Positions 1 to 10,033 of a stretch of DNA of 64,000 bases are shown piece after piece. Each line of letters starts with the position of its first letter. The stretch's first letter is position 1. The notes beneath the pieces are model-generated. The model saw nothing but the letters and a program-made list of their open reading frames with translations, made no database searches and was not told the origin of the DNA. Origin of the DNA: Candidatus Latescibacterota bacterium (lineage in GTDB: Bacteria > Latescibacterota > UBA2968 > UBA8231); the NCBI GenBank assembly GCA_965248355.1, contig OZ252098.1:128001-192000 (forward strand). Direction: 5' to 3'. The position numbers were made by a program, and so were the translations under genes.

Positions 1-619
1 CCTTGGGGCGGCTGGAGGAGCGCTCCTTGATCACCAGCTGGCGCTCGGAGACGTCGTTCATGATGGTATAGCCGGCCACGTAGCGGAGGGCGTTGGCGGA
101 CTTGATGGCCTTGCCCCGCCGGCCCATGACCACGGCCAGCTCTCCCTCCCAGTCGATGGCGCGGGCCACGGGCGGCACCAGGATCCGGTCGCCCGGACCG
201 ACGACGGTCGTGGTGGGCGGCTTCATGAAGACCCGCGGGGTCTCCTTGTCCTGGGCCGCCATGCGGCCCCCGCCCTCCTCGATGTGGTCCTGGTAGTTGC
301 CGGCCAGGCAGAACAGCTTGGCGGGGTTCGGCACCGGGGCGCGCAGTTTCACGCCCCGCAGAAGGTGCGTGCTCCGGCCGTCGGCCCTGGGCTCGTCGCC
401 GAGCTTGGCGGAGACGTCCTTCACGAGCCGGCGGGCGGCGGCCATGCCCTTGGCGCCGGCTTGCAGGAAGGTGATCATGTCGCCGTAGAAGGCGTTGGCC
501 TTGCGCTTCTCGCGGCGGGCGGCGGAGCGTTCGGCCGCGGCCAGGTCGATGACGATGTCGTCACCGGCCATGGCGCCGAGGCGCTGCTGCTTGTTGACGG
601 CGAAAGTGGTGAGCTTCAT
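1..619 (-). CDS. Fumarylacetoacetate (FAA) hydrolase family protein, 3' end outside window
   Basis: Not in the ORF track because it runs off the window. Manual minus-strand translation from ATG 619 gives MKLTTFAVNKQQRLG...KLFCLAGNYQDH...PRVFMKP...IDWEGELAVVMG...VAGYTIMNDVSER, the typical FAA-hydrolase motifs. Confidence 0.9.
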   Translation of the reverse strand, partial: MKLTTFAVNKQQRLGAMAGDDIVIDLAAAERSAARREKRKANAFYGDMITFLQAGAKGMAAARRLVKDVSAKLGDEPRADGRSTHLLRGVKLRAPVPNPAKLFCLAGNYQDHIEEGGGRMAAQDKETPRVFMKPPTTTVVGPGDRILVPPVARAIDWEGELAVVMGRRGKAIKSANALRYVAGYTIMNDVSERQLVIKERSSSRPK

Positions 620-721
620 CTGAGTTCTGCCTTTCCCGAGGTGTCTGTCGAGGCGCCGCGGCATAGCCGCTGCCGAAGGGCGCCCGTATATTGCAGCCGC
701 CGCTAGAGGACGGCGTCATTC

Positions 722-1300
722 ATGGGAGCACAACCCTTCGTACACGAGACCGCCGTCGTCGACGAGCTGGTCGAGATCGGCGAGGACACCAGGATCTGGC
801 ATTTCACCCATGTCATGCCCGGAGCCCGGATCGGCCGATTCTGCATCCTCGGCCAGAACGTCTACGTCGACCGGGACGTCGTCATCGGCGACGGATGCAA
901 GGTGCAGAACAACGTCTCGGTGTACAAAGGAGTGACCCTGGAGGCCGACGTGTTCTGCGGTCCCTCCATGGTCTTCACCAATGTAATGAATCCCCGGGCC
1001 TTCATCGAGCGCAAGCACGAGTTCCAGCCCATCCTCGTGAAGAGGGGGGCCACCCTTGGCGCCAACAGCACCGTTCTCTGCGGTGTGACGATCGGCGAGT
1101 ACGCCCTGATCGGGGCCGGAGCGGTGGTCACCCGCGACGTGCCGGCGTACGCCGTCGTCTACGGGGTGCCCGGCCGCCAGGCCGGGTGGGTGAGCGAGGA
1201 GGGCCACCCGCTGCAGAGCGCCGGCTCCGGCGCGCTGCGCTGTCCCCGCACCGGGAAGCGCTACCGCCTGGGGAACGGTACCCTCGCCCCGGTGGACTGA
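722..1300 (+). CDS. Hexapeptide-repeat N-acetyltransferase (WbpD/WlbB-like sugar-nucleotide acetyltransferase)
   Basis: LbH repeats IGEDTRIWHFTHVMPGARIG..GQNVY..KVQNNVSVYKGVTLE..VFCGPSMVFTNVMNPRA; C-terminal CPRTGKRY. Confidence 0.85.
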   Translation: MGAQPFVHETAVVDELVEIGEDTRIWHFTHVMPGARIGRFCILGQNVYVDRDVVIGDGCKVQNNVSVYKGVTLEADVFCGPSMVFTNVMNPRAFIERKHEFQPILVKRGATLGANSTVLCGVTIGEYALIGAGAVVTRDVPAYAVVYGVPGRQAGWVSEEGHPLQSAGSGALRCPRTGKRYRLGNGTLAPVD

Positions 1301-1337
1301 TCCTCCCACCCGGCCGGTGCCCCGGCCCGACGCTCCA

Positions 1338-2033
1338 TCAGGACCGCCCGTGCTCCTTCTCGCAGGGCAGGGGATCGGCGGCGTCGTTGGCGGCGAAGGC
1401 GGCCAGCCGCTCGCTGCAGGCGTCGCACCGGCCGCAGGCCGGGCGCCGTCCCGTGTAGCAGGTGTGGGTCAGCTCCCAAGGCACCCCCAGCCCCATGCCG
1501 AGGGCCACGACCTCCGTCTTGGTGCGCTCCACGAAAGGCGTGTGGATGCGGAAGGCCAGCTCCCGCGCGGCGCCGAGCCGCAGGGTCTGCTCCAGGCTGT
1601 CGTAGAACTCCCGCCTGCAGTCGCGGTACGCCTCGTGGTCGTCGCGCACGGGGGCCAGGTAGAGATCGGGGGCCCCCAGTCTCTCGGCGCAGGCGGCGGC
1701 GAGGGTGACGAACAGGAGATTGCGGAAGGGAACCACCGTGTCGATCTGGCGGTCCTCGGACGCGGCGGGAACCTCGAGAGCGGCCTCGGTGAGGGGGCTG
1801 CCGCCGATGGCGCCCGGATCGAGGGGCAGGACCTGGTGCGAAGCGGCGCCGGCGCGGCGCGACAGGACGGCCGCCGACTCCAGCTCGATCCGGTGCCGCT
1901 GTCCGTAGTCGATGGAGAGGGTGTGCAGGGGGCGGTCCCGCCCCTCGGCGCGCAGGTGCCACAACAGGGTGGTGGAGTCCATGCCGCCGCTCAGGAGGAG
2001 GACGGCCGGCCCGGGGGTGAGCGTGGCGGACAT
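1338..2033 (-). CDS. queC: 7-cyano-7-deazaguanine synthase
   Basis: SGGMDSTT PP-loop, YGQRH..E, VPFRNL, YRDCR and C-terminal Zn motif TCY..ACGRCDAC. Start taken at ATG 2033 rather than 2159. Confidence 0.92.
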   Translation of the reverse strand: MSATLTPGPAVLLLSGGMDSTTLLWHLRAEGRDRPLHTLSIDYGQRHRIELESAAVLSRRAGAASHQVLPLDPGAIGGSPLTEAALEVPAASEDRQIDTVVPFRNLLFVTLAAACAERLGAPDLYLAPVRDDHEAYRDCRREFYDSLEQTLRLGAARELAFRIHTPFVERTKTEVVALGMGLGVPWELTHTCYTGRRPACGRCDACSERLAAFAANDAADPLPCEKEHGRS

Positions 2034-2150
2034 GACGGAGGGCGATGGTACGGGGGAGGGTATCCGGGTGTCAAAGGACGGGGCGGCCTCCGGCGCTTGC
2101 CGCCGCGGCGCATCCCGGCTGTTCACCGGGTCCGCTCGGACCATCCCTTC

Positions 2151-2179
2151 TTGACACATTTTCGAGGCCTGGGTAGGTT
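2151..2179 (+). promoter_or_regulatory. Sigma70-type promoter upstream of the DUF502 gene
   Basis: TTGACA (2151-2156), 17-bp spacer, TAGGTT (2174-2179). Confidence 0.55.
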
Positions 2180-2200
2180 GAGCTTTCTGGCCCGTTCTCC

Positions 2201-2968
2201 GTGAAGAGCCCGTCCCCCGTGATGAAACAAGAGCCCAGACCCCACAGGCCCAACCGCCTGCACCGGCTGCGCAACACCCTCATGGCGGGCGTCACCGTGA
2301 TCGCCCCTTTGTGGATCACGGGCTGGGTCCTGTGGACGCTGTTCAACTGGGCGGACCGGTTCTCCCGCCCCCTCATACGTCCCTTCGCCGCCATCGCCGG
2401 CGACCCGGACTGGTACTACCGGGGGATCGGGTTCCTGCTCACCATCCTCATCCTCTGGGTCGTCGGCAAGGTGACCACCAACGTGCTCACCCGCCGCCTG
2501 CTGCACGACGTGCGCGAGGCCATCGAGCGGCTGCCCCTGGTGCGCACCATCTACAGCCCCGTGCGCAAGCTGATGGAGACGATGACCTCTCCCGACAAGG
2601 CGGGGTTCAAGCAGGTCGTCCTCTTCGAGTACCCCCGCAAGGGCCTGTGGACTCTCGGGTTCCTGGCCGGCGAGGTGCCCTTCGAGGACGGCCGGCCTCC
2701 GGCCCACAGCATCTTCGTGCCCACGGCGCCCAACCCGACCACCGGGTTCATGCTCATCGTGCCGCGTCACGAGATCGAGCCCACGGGGCTGAGCGTCGAG
2801 GCGGCCTTCCAGATGATCGTGTCGGCGGGCGTCGCCGTGCCGCCGACCCTGCGGCTGCCGGCGAACGTGGCCCGTCCGGACGAGCCTGCGGGCGGCGGGT
2901 CCGTGGAAAGGCAGGTGAGGGTGGCCTCCGAGGCGCCGCCGCCGCGATGGACGGAGACGCCGACCTGA
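2201..2968 (+). CDS. DUF502 family membrane protein
   Basis: Two N-terminal TM segments, RLPLVRTIYS, EYPRKGLW.LGF and FVPTAPNPTTGF motifs. Start may be ATG 2222. Confidence 0.88.
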   Translation: MKSPSPVMKQEPRPHRPNRLHRLRNTLMAGVTVIAPLWITGWVLWTLFNWADRFSRPLIRPFAAIAGDPDWYYRGIGFLLTILILWVVGKVTTNVLTRRLLHDVREAIERLPLVRTIYSPVRKLMETMTSPDKAGFKQVVLFEYPRKGLWTLGFLAGEVPFEDGRPPAHSIFVPTAPNPTTGFMLIVPRHEIEPTGLSVEAAFQMIVSAGVAVPPTLRLPANVARPDEPAGGGSVERQVRVASEAPPPRWTETPT

Positions 2969-3103
2969 ACCCCCCTCCCGGGGGACGGGAGGCGGCCGGA
3001 CCTTGCACGAATCCGGCGGACGGTTCGGCTGCGTATATTCCGGCAAGGGCGTGCCGGCGAGTCCGGCCGGACCCCACCGGCAACCGACACACAGGAGGTT
3101 GAG

Positions 3104-3784
3104 GTGTTCTTCGATTCGACCATCATCCTGCTGATCCCCTGCTTCGTCCTGGCCATGTACGCCCAGTCCAGGGTGCGCAGCGCCTACTCCAAGTACAGCC
3201 AGGTCGGCTCCGACGCCGGCCTCACCGGCGCCGAGACGGCCCGCCGCCTGCTGCGCGCGCAGGGCATCGTCGACGTGGCCGTCGAGGAAACGGGCGGCAC
3301 CCTCTCCGACCATTACGATCCACGGTCCAAGGTGGTGCGACTCTCCTCCGGCATCTATCACGGCCGCCATCTCGCCGGCCTGGCGGTGGCCGCCCACGAG
3401 GTGGGGCACGCCATCCAGCACGCCACCGGCTACTTCGCCCTGAACCTGCGCCACAGCTTCCTGCCGGTGGCCAACATCGGCTCCTGGGCGGCCTTCCCCC
3501 TGTTCTTCATCGGCTTCTTCTTCCAGTCGCCGGGGATGGTCGACATCGGCATCTGGCTCTACGCCGGCGTCGTCGCCTTCCAGGTGATCACCCTGCCCGT
3601 GGAGTTCAACGCCAGCTCCCGCGCCATGGCCCAGTTGGTGGACGGGCGTTATCTGCGCGCCGACGAGGCCCGCGACGCCCGGCGCGTGCTCAACGCCGCC
3701 GCCCTCACCTACGTGGCGGCCACGGCCACGGCCCTCATGCACCTCGTGCGGTTGCTGATCCTGCGCCAGAGCATGCGCGACTGA
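3104..3784 (+). CDS. Neutral zinc metallopeptidase (YugP/Zn_peptidase_2-like membrane protein)
   Basis: LSDHYDP, AAHEVGHAIQH (HExxH), TLPVEFNASSRA, AAALTYVAA; GGAGG RBS before the GTG. Confidence 0.9.
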   Translation: MFFDSTIILLIPCFVLAMYAQSRVRSAYSKYSQVGSDAGLTGAETARRLLRAQGIVDVAVEETGGTLSDHYDPRSKVVRLSSGIYHGRHLAGLAVAAHEVGHAIQHATGYFALNLRHSFLPVANIGSWAAFPLFFIGFFFQSPGMVDIGIWLYAGVVAFQVITLPVEFNASSRAMAQLVDGRYLRADEARDARRVLNAAALTYVAATATALMHLVRLLILRQSMRD

Positions 3785-4274
3785 CCGTCTCCGGGAGTCG
3801 CCCCGACTCTTGACGGGGGCGGCCTTCAGGCAGCGTCAAGTCCCGCGAGCGGACGGACCGACCCGGACGCCCAGTCACCCCGGTCGCTTGGGGAGCGGCG
3901 AACCATGCCGGTGATCGGAGTGCCGCAGTGGGGCAGCCGCTCTCCGTGAGTTCCCGGCGCCTGGGCACTTACCAGTCCGCGCCGGCGACGATGCCCCCGC
4001 ATGTGGGGACGATGGTTCCGCCCCCGACCTCTCGATTCTCTCGCTTGAAGGGATCTCGCCGGACTTGTGGATGGTGAGGTTGTCCAGGGCGTGAATCGCC
4101 TGGTCGGCGGGATCCTCGCGAACCAACTCCGGCGCTCCTGGCGCATGGGGTCCGGATGGATGCCCTTCGAGAGGTCTTGAGCACTGGGCGGTCTCCTGCT
4201 GCCGGCGGCCATATAGGGGGTCGGACATCCCGTCGATCAGGGGCGGTGGGGGGTGGCGCCGGGCCGGTCCGGAG

Positions 4275-4303
4275 TTGTGGGTGCCGGGGGTTTGCCATAG
4301 AAT
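4275..4303 (+). promoter_or_regulatory. Possible sigma70 promoter for the DUF4838 cluster
   Basis: TTGTGG (4275-4280), 17 bp, TAGAAT (4298-4303), lying upstream of a GGGAG RBS and ATG 4365. Confidence 0.35.
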
Positions 4304-4364
4304 CCGCGTCGCACGTCTCCCCACGGGGGGGCTCTGATCTACAGCCCCCGAACAGGGAGCCCCG

Positions 4365-6491
4365 ATGTTCGATCGCCACCGCCGGCGGCTGTATCCCAAG
4401 GGCCTCTCCGGCCCCCCCGGCTATCAGGGCGCCCGTGGGACGTGGTGGCCCCCCTCGTTCATCAAGAGCAGACACGGTCCCGGAATCCGCGCCATGGTGG
4501 CCGCTGTCGTCGGGCTCCTGCTGCCCCTCTCCGGCGAGGCGCAGGTTCGCATCGTCGAGGACGGCAGGGCTCGCGCCGTCGTGGTCACCGCCGATGAACC
4601 GACGCCGACGGCGAGCTACGCGGCGGAGGAGCTGGTCCGGCACATCGCCAGGGCGACGGGCGTGTCGCTGCCGACCGTGCCCGAGTCCGAGGTCCCCGAA
4701 GACGTGCACAGTCGGGTGTACGTGGGGGACAGCGAGACGGGCCGGACCTTCGGGCTCGATCCGGAACGGCTTCCGCGGGAGACTTTCGTCCTTCGCTCCG
4801 TGGGGAACGATCTGTTCATCACGGGCCGGGAGTCCGACGGCGACCCCTTCGCCGAGCACAATCCCGACGTGGGACCCCTCTTCGGCGTGTACGAGATCCT
4901 CGAGAGGGTCCTCGGCGTGCGCTGGCTCTGGCCTGGCGACCTGGGCACCTATGTCCCCAGGACCGACGTCGTCCGGATTTCCGCCATAGACGAGACGTCG
5001 TCGCCCGCCCTTCGATTCCGGCACTTCTCCTGGGGCCCGATCCGCTCCGTCGCCCTCGGATCGGCGCCGCTGGATCCAGCGGACGAGAAGCTCGGCTTCA
5101 GCCACGACGTCGCCGTGGAGTACGGCAAGGCCGTGCAGGTGCTCCTGCGCCGGCACCGGATCGGCGGCATGGACGCCAAGCCACCGTCGGGCCATGCCTT
5201 CAGCGGCTGGTGGCAGCGCTACGGACGCGAGCACCCGGAGTGGTTCCAGCTGCGCAGGGACGGCGTGCGCGGCGATCCCGACAGCACCTACGCGCACGTC
5301 GCCATGTGCGTATCCAACGAGGAGCTGCAGGACTTCGTGGTCAGCCAGTGGGACGGCGAGAGCGTGCTGCTCCTCGGCCCGGTGGACCGTCCGGGACGCT
5401 GCACCTGCGATCGCTGCCAGGCCTGGGACGCGCCCCAGCCGGAGGAGCCGCCGTGGTTCGCCGAACGGGTCTACGCCACGGACCACCGGGCCCAGGAGGA
5501 GTTCTCCGGGGTGACCTCGGACCGCTACGCCCGGTTCTGGAAGGCGATCCACGAGAAGGCCAGAAAGCGGAATCCCCATGCCATGGTCTCGGTCTCCTTC
5601 ATCTATGAGAATGAGTTCCCGGCGCCCCTCTTCGACATCCACCTCGGCAAGAACCTCTACGGCGAGTTCGTCCAGTGGCAGGATCCTCACCTCCGTTACT
5701 TTCCCATGCCCCCCGAGGCCTATGAGTGGGTGAAGGCGCAGTGGCTGGGATGGCGGAAGACGGGCATTCGCATGGGCTACCGGCCCAACTACCTGCACGA
5801 CGGGTACGTGCTGCCCCACTTCGACACGCGCCAGTCCGGGGAGTTCTTCAAGTTCGCGTACGAGAACGGCATGGAAGGGGGCAGCTTCGACTCCCTCACC
5901 GGGCAGTGGGGGGTCCACGGCCTGCGGCTCTACATGCACCTGCGCCTCCTGAGCGATCCCACCCTGGAGGTGGACGCCATCCGCGCCGAGTACTGCTCGG
6001 CCTTCGGTCCCGCCGCAGGAACCATGGCCCGCTACTTCGAGTACTGGGAGGACTACTCCTTCGAGAACCACATGCGGTTCATCGAGTTGTTCTGGGAATT
6101 CGGCTGGCGCTACCGCTCCTATGCCCGCAAGGCGCACCTGGCCTTCCCGCCGGAGTCCTTCGGCCCCGCCGACCGGCTGCTGGAGCAGGCGGCGTCGGAA
6201 GCCGGGGCACCGGGTGTGCTGCCGGAATTCGCCGAGCGCGTCGGGTTCGTCCGGGCCGGTCTCGAGCATGCCCGGCTGACCCTGAGGCTGACAGCCCTCT
6301 TCGAAATACAGGAAGAGGTTCCGGACACGGTCCCGGAGGCGAACCGGGCGGAGGCGGAGTCGGCGTTGCGCGACCTGGTCGCCTTCCGCAAGCGGAACCA
6401 GCGTCTGTTCTTCTCCGATCTCCTGTGGGTCACCAGCTTCTGGGAGCGGCCCAAGCTGGCCGTGGACGATCTCGCGGCCGCCCTCGACTAG
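4365..6491 (+). CDS. Secreted DUF4838-domain protein (putative glycoside hydrolase-like), paralog 1
   Basis: Signal peptide ending LSGEAQ; N-terminal domain AAEEL..H...TGV.LP..GVYE.LE..LGVRWLWPG; HPEWF; CVSNEEL; CTCDRC; AFGPAA. Start could be ATG 4494. Confidence 0.8.
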   Translation: MFDRHRRRLYPKGLSGPPGYQGARGTWWPPSFIKSRHGPGIRAMVAAVVGLLLPLSGEAQVRIVEDGRARAVVVTADEPTPTASYAAEELVRHIARATGVSLPTVPESEVPEDVHSRVYVGDSETGRTFGLDPERLPRETFVLRSVGNDLFITGRESDGDPFAEHNPDVGPLFGVYEILERVLGVRWLWPGDLGTYVPRTDVVRISAIDETSSPALRFRHFSWGPIRSVALGSAPLDPADEKLGFSHDVAVEYGKAVQVLLRRHRIGGMDAKPPSGHAFSGWWQRYGREHPEWFQLRRDGVRGDPDSTYAHVAMCVSNEELQDFVVSQWDGESVLLLGPVDRPGRCTCDRCQAWDAPQPEEPPWFAERVYATDHRAQEEFSGVTSDRYARFWKAIHEKARKRNPHAMVSVSFIYENEFPAPLFDIHLGKNLYGEFVQWQDPHLRYFPMPPEAYEWVKAQWLGWRKTGIRMGYRPNYLHDGYVLPHFDTRQSGEFFKFAYENGMEGGSFDSLTGQWGVHGLRLYMHLRLLSDPTLEVDAIRAEYCSAFGPAAGTMARYFEYWEDYSFENHMRFIELFWEFGWRYRSYARKAHLAFPPESFGPADRLLEQAASEAGAPGVLPEFAERVGFVRAGLEHARLTLRLTALFEIQEEVPDTVPEANRAEAESALRDLVAFRKRNQRLFFSDLLWVTSFWERPKLAVDDLAAALD

Positions 6492-6555
6492 GAGATCGGG
6501 TCCCGGCGCGGAACCGCCCTTAGGGCACCGCATGACGGGGGAAAGAGAGAAAGCC

Positions 6556-9500
6556 ATGTCTTCACGCGCAGCGGTTCTGATCCTGGCGCTGATCTGCGGC
6601 CTGGCCATCCCGGCCCAGGCGGTGGAGCCGTGGCCATCGCCAGAGCAGCAGTGGCGCTACGAGTCGAAGGGCCTGAGCAACCCGGTTCCCTACCCGTCGG
6701 TGCCGCGGATCGAGGGCATCCTGATGGGTGAAGGCACCGACCTGGTGCGGCTGGACACGAAGGGCCGGGAGGTGTGGCGGACGCCGCTGATCAGCTTGGC
6801 CAAGGTGGCCGGACAGGTGCAGTGGGCCAGGGAGCGGATCAAGGCGCCGGTGGTGGTGGACCTGGACGGCGAGGGAGCGCCGGAGATCGTGGCCCAGGCC
6901 TCCTACGGCGAGGTCTTCGCCCTGGACGGCGACGGGCAGGTGCTCTGGCGCTGGCCGGGGCTCGGGCCGGTGGACTTCCGCATGTTCGTCACGGCCGGCG
7001 ACGTCGACGGCGACGGCCGCGCCGAGATCGTGGTCCCCTCCAAGGCCGGCTGGGTGGGATGTCTGGACCGGCAGGGGCGGGTGCTCTGGCAGTTCAGCGC
7101 CGGCTGGGAGATGGCCTCTGCGCCGGTGGTGGCGGACCTGGACGGCGACGGCAGGGAAGAGGTGGTCTATGGCAGCGGCTCGCGGGTCCTGGCCCTGTCG
7201 GGTTCGGGCCGGCTGCTCTGGCAGACCGAGCTGTCGGCGTACGAGGCCGTCTTCAGCCGCAACCGGCCCTTGGTCATGGACGGGGACGGAGACGGCCGCA
7301 CGGAGGTCTACATCCTGGACTGCGTGCGCAACCTGGTGGTGCGGCTGGATGGTCCGACAGGCGCCGTGGCGTGGGTCGAGCCGCAGCCGAGCTACTACGG
7401 ATACCTGGGGCTGAGCGCGGCCGATCTGGAGGGCGACGGCGTCTTCGATCTGATCGTCACGGGCAAGTCGACCCTGGTGGCGCGCATGAGCCTGTCCGGC
7501 GGCAGCACCCTCTGGGGCACGCAACTCGGTGGACGGGGGATCTTCTTCGCGCCGGCCGTGGCCGACCTGAACGGCGACGGGGCGCAGGAGGTCGTGGTGG
7601 GCGTGCGGGGTCACTCGCCGGACGAGCGGCGCACGGCGTGGTACGTGGTCGATCCCTCGGGGGAGATCCTGGCCGCCGTGGCGCAGGAGGACGGCGGCAT
7701 CCACGCGCCGCTGGTGGCGGACCTGGACAGGGACGGCCGCCTGGAGGTGGTCTCGGGCGAGAGGCATCTGACGGCGTGGGAGTTCCCCTTCGAGGGCGGC
7801 GCCATCGCCGCCGGCCACATGTGGGGCGGGGACGAGCTGCCGAGCTCGCGCCTGGCGCCGTCCGAGGCCCGCCCCGCCGGAGAGAAAGGCGTGCTGGTGA
7901 GGTCCTTCCCGCCGCCGCACTACGGGTACAACCTTCTCGAGCTCGATTCGCCCGACACCGAGCCGGGCGATCATGTGGAGGTCTCGGTGCTCGGTCCTTC
8001 CGGGGTGCGCTGGAGCCGCGTCCACCCGGTCCGGGCCGGAGATCCGCCGGCCTTGCGGTATCCCGTACGGCGGCCCGGGCGCCACCAGGTGGAGGTGCGG
8101 CTGCTGGATGGGGCCGGAGTCGTGAAGCGCTATCAGCGCCGGGCGGTGAAGGTGGGGGACCTGCTCGGGCCGGTGGCCCGGCAGATGGAGACGGTGGTGG
8201 GACAGGCGCGGCAACTGGCGGGAGAGCTGGCCGACCGGCAGCCCCGGGCGGCGCGCTTTGCGCTGCATCAGGCCGCCAGGCTCCAGGGGGACCTGGCCTT
8301 GCTGGAAGCCCGGACGAAGGGCGTGGAGTCGTTCACCTGGAGGGAGCACGAGGCCCTGGCCGACCAGGTCCGGCTGCTGCTGAAGACGGCGCGGCGCACG
8401 GCGGGCCTGGCGGCGCTGACGGGGCGGCAGGCGTCGGCGCGGGCGAACACGGACCTGGTCGTCTGGGAGGATCCCAATCCCTGGGACCTGGTCAACCCGC
8501 TGGATGAGTTGCCGGCCGACCTCGGTTCTCCCGTGGTGGAGGTGTGGGGGTACGGCAACGAGGTGGAGAACCGCGCCGTGCACGTGCTGAACACCTCGCC
8601 GGCGGGCCTGGTGGTGCGGCTGGAGCCGGGATCGATCGCAACGGCGGACACCAGCGTCGAGCTGGAGCGCGAGGCGGACGAGGTCGTCCGGTTCTCGCAG
8701 GTCGTCTCCCTGTCGTCGAAGCACGCCTACCGCGTGCTGGGAACGGAGACCGACGAGCGGGTGCCGGAGCTGCTGCCGGAGCTGGGTCCGGAGAAGCTCC
8801 TGTCGGTGGCTCCCGGGGAGGTGGAGGACCTGTGGCTGGAGGTGAGCACCTACGGGCTGGCCTCCGGGGAATACATCCTCAAGTGGCCCCTCACGACCCT
8901 GGAGCCGGCGCCGTACCGGGACACGCTGACGGTGCGCCTGCGCGTCTCGGAGGTGGCCCTGCCGGAGCGCGCCTGGGAGCGGCCCTACGTCTTCCATCCA
9001 TGGACCTACCCCCTGCACCAGGGCCCTGAACGGATGCGGCGGCTGGCGGTCCACCTGAAGCGTTCGGGGGTCAACGCGGCCGTCCTGAACCTGCCCTATG
9101 TCCACGTCGACACGACCGGGACCCGGTTGATCAAACCGCTGGACTGGTCGGCCTTCGACCGGATGTGGGAGACGATCGGCCCCCTGAAGCACCTGCTGTT
9201 CCAGAACTACCACATCTACTGGCCCGAGGGAGTGGAGCCGGGCGAGGAGCAGTTGCTCGCGGCTTACGGGACCTATGCCGACGCCGTCTTCCCGCGGCTG
9301 GATTCCCTCGGCATCGGCGCCGACCGGTTCTCCGTGTACCCGCAGGACGAGCCGGGACTCACCGGAGAGGGGTCGGTGCAGACCTACATCGCCAAGGCGC
9401 GCCGATTCGTCGACAGCGATCCGCGATGGCGGGTCTACAGCAACTACGCCGGCACCACGACGGCGGAGCAGGTCGAGAGGATGGCCGAGGTGACCCACGT

Positions 9501-10005
9501 CTGGCAGCCGGCCATGAAGGTCCTCAAGCGCTTGTACGAGCAGGCCATCCCCGCGATGCGGCGGCGGGAGGGGAGCCCGGTCTGGTGGTTCGTCGCCGAG
9601 GGGAACGGGATCGTTCTCGATCCGCTGGGGTTCTACCGGGGCTCGGGCTGGGAGACCTTCCGCCTCGGAGTGGAGGGCTGGGGTTTCTGGAGCCTGCGCA
9701 TGGGCCCGCCCCTGTGGAAGACCCGCCCCGAGGAGGAGCCCGATTACGTCACCATCGGGGACGACGGCGTGCACTTCACCAGCAACCGGCGCTGGCAGGC
9801 CGTTCGCGACGGCACCGAGGACTTCACCGCCTTCACCATGCTCGCGGAGCGCGCGGCCGAGACCGGGGACCCCCAAGCCGAGGCCCTGCTCGAGGAACTG
9901 CGCCCCTCCTCCACCTTCCTGCTCTACCGCGAGTCTCCGGACTGGGAACGCGTGCAGGAGATCTGCCGGGCCGTGGAGAGGACCCTGGTCCGGCTGCAGC
10001 CATAG
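6556..10005 (+). CDS. Secreted FG-GAP/PQQ-like beta-propeller fused to a C-terminal GH123/DUF4091-like TIM-barrel domain
   Basis: Signal peptide; repeated DLDGDGxxE motifs; C-terminal YPQDEPG and SNRRWQAVRDGTEDF. Confidence 0.65.
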   Translation: MSSRAAVLILALICGLAIPAQAVEPWPSPEQQWRYESKGLSNPVPYPSVPRIEGILMGEGTDLVRLDTKGREVWRTPLISLAKVAGQVQWARERIKAPVVVDLDGEGAPEIVAQASYGEVFALDGDGQVLWRWPGLGPVDFRMFVTAGDVDGDGRAEIVVPSKAGWVGCLDRQGRVLWQFSAGWEMASAPVVADLDGDGREEVVYGSGSRVLALSGSGRLLWQTELSAYEAVFSRNRPLVMDGDGDGRTEVYILDCVRNLVVRLDGPTGAVAWVEPQPSYYGYLGLSAADLEGDGVFDLIVTGKSTLVARMSLSGGSTLWGTQLGGRGIFFAPAVADLNGDGAQEVVVGVRGHSPDERRTAWYVVDPSGEILAAVAQEDGGIHAPLVADLDRDGRLEVVSGERHLTAWEFPFEGGAIAAGHMWGGDELPSSRLAPSEARPAGEKGVLVRSFPPPHYGYNLLELDSPDTEPGDHVEVSVLGPSGVRWSRVHPVRAGDPPALRYPVRRPGRHQVEVRLLDGAGVVKRYQRRAVKVGDLLGPVARQMETVVGQARQLAGELADRQPRAARFALHQAARLQGDLALLEARTKGVESFTWREHEALADQVRLLLKTARRTAGLAALTGRQASARANTDLVVWEDPNPWDLVNPLDELPADLGSPVVEVWGYGNEVENRAVHVLNTSPAGLVVRLEPGSIATADTSVELEREADEVVRFSQVVSLSSKHAYRVLGTETDERVPELLPELGPEKLLSVAPGEVEDLWLEVSTYGLASGEYILKWPLTTLEPAPYRDTLTVRLRVSEVALPERAWERPYVFHPWTYPLHQGPERMRRLAVHLKRSGVNAAVLNLPYVHVDTTGTRLIKPLDWSAFDRMWETIGPLKHLLFQNYHIYWPEGVEPGEEQLLAAYGTYADAVFPRLDSLGIGADRFSVYPQDEPGLTGEGSVQTYIAKARRFVDSDPRWRVYSNYAGTTTAEQVERMAEVTHVWQPAMKVLKRLYEQAIPAMRRREGSPVWWFVAEGNGIVLDPLGFYRGSGWETFRLGVEGWGFWSLRMGPPLWKTRPEEEPDYVTIGDDGVHFTSNRRWQAVRDGTEDFTAFTMLAERAAETGDPQAEALLEELRPSSTFLLYRESPDWERVQEICRAVERTLVRLQP

Positions 10006-10033
10006 ACCGTGGCCTCACTCATGGAGGTGTGAC

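Noticed and set aside
1338-2033. queC as part of a 7-deazaguanine DNA-modification or QueC-based defence system
   Set aside because: No dpdA, TatD, ATPase or other defence neighbours are recognisable; it looks like an ordinary stand-alone queC.
3969-9876. Long minus-strand ORFs (879 aa, 1104 aa) and similar ones at 30144, 32819 and 51247
   Set aside because: These are antisense shadow ORFs of well-supported + genes in high-GC DNA, with no recognisable motifs.
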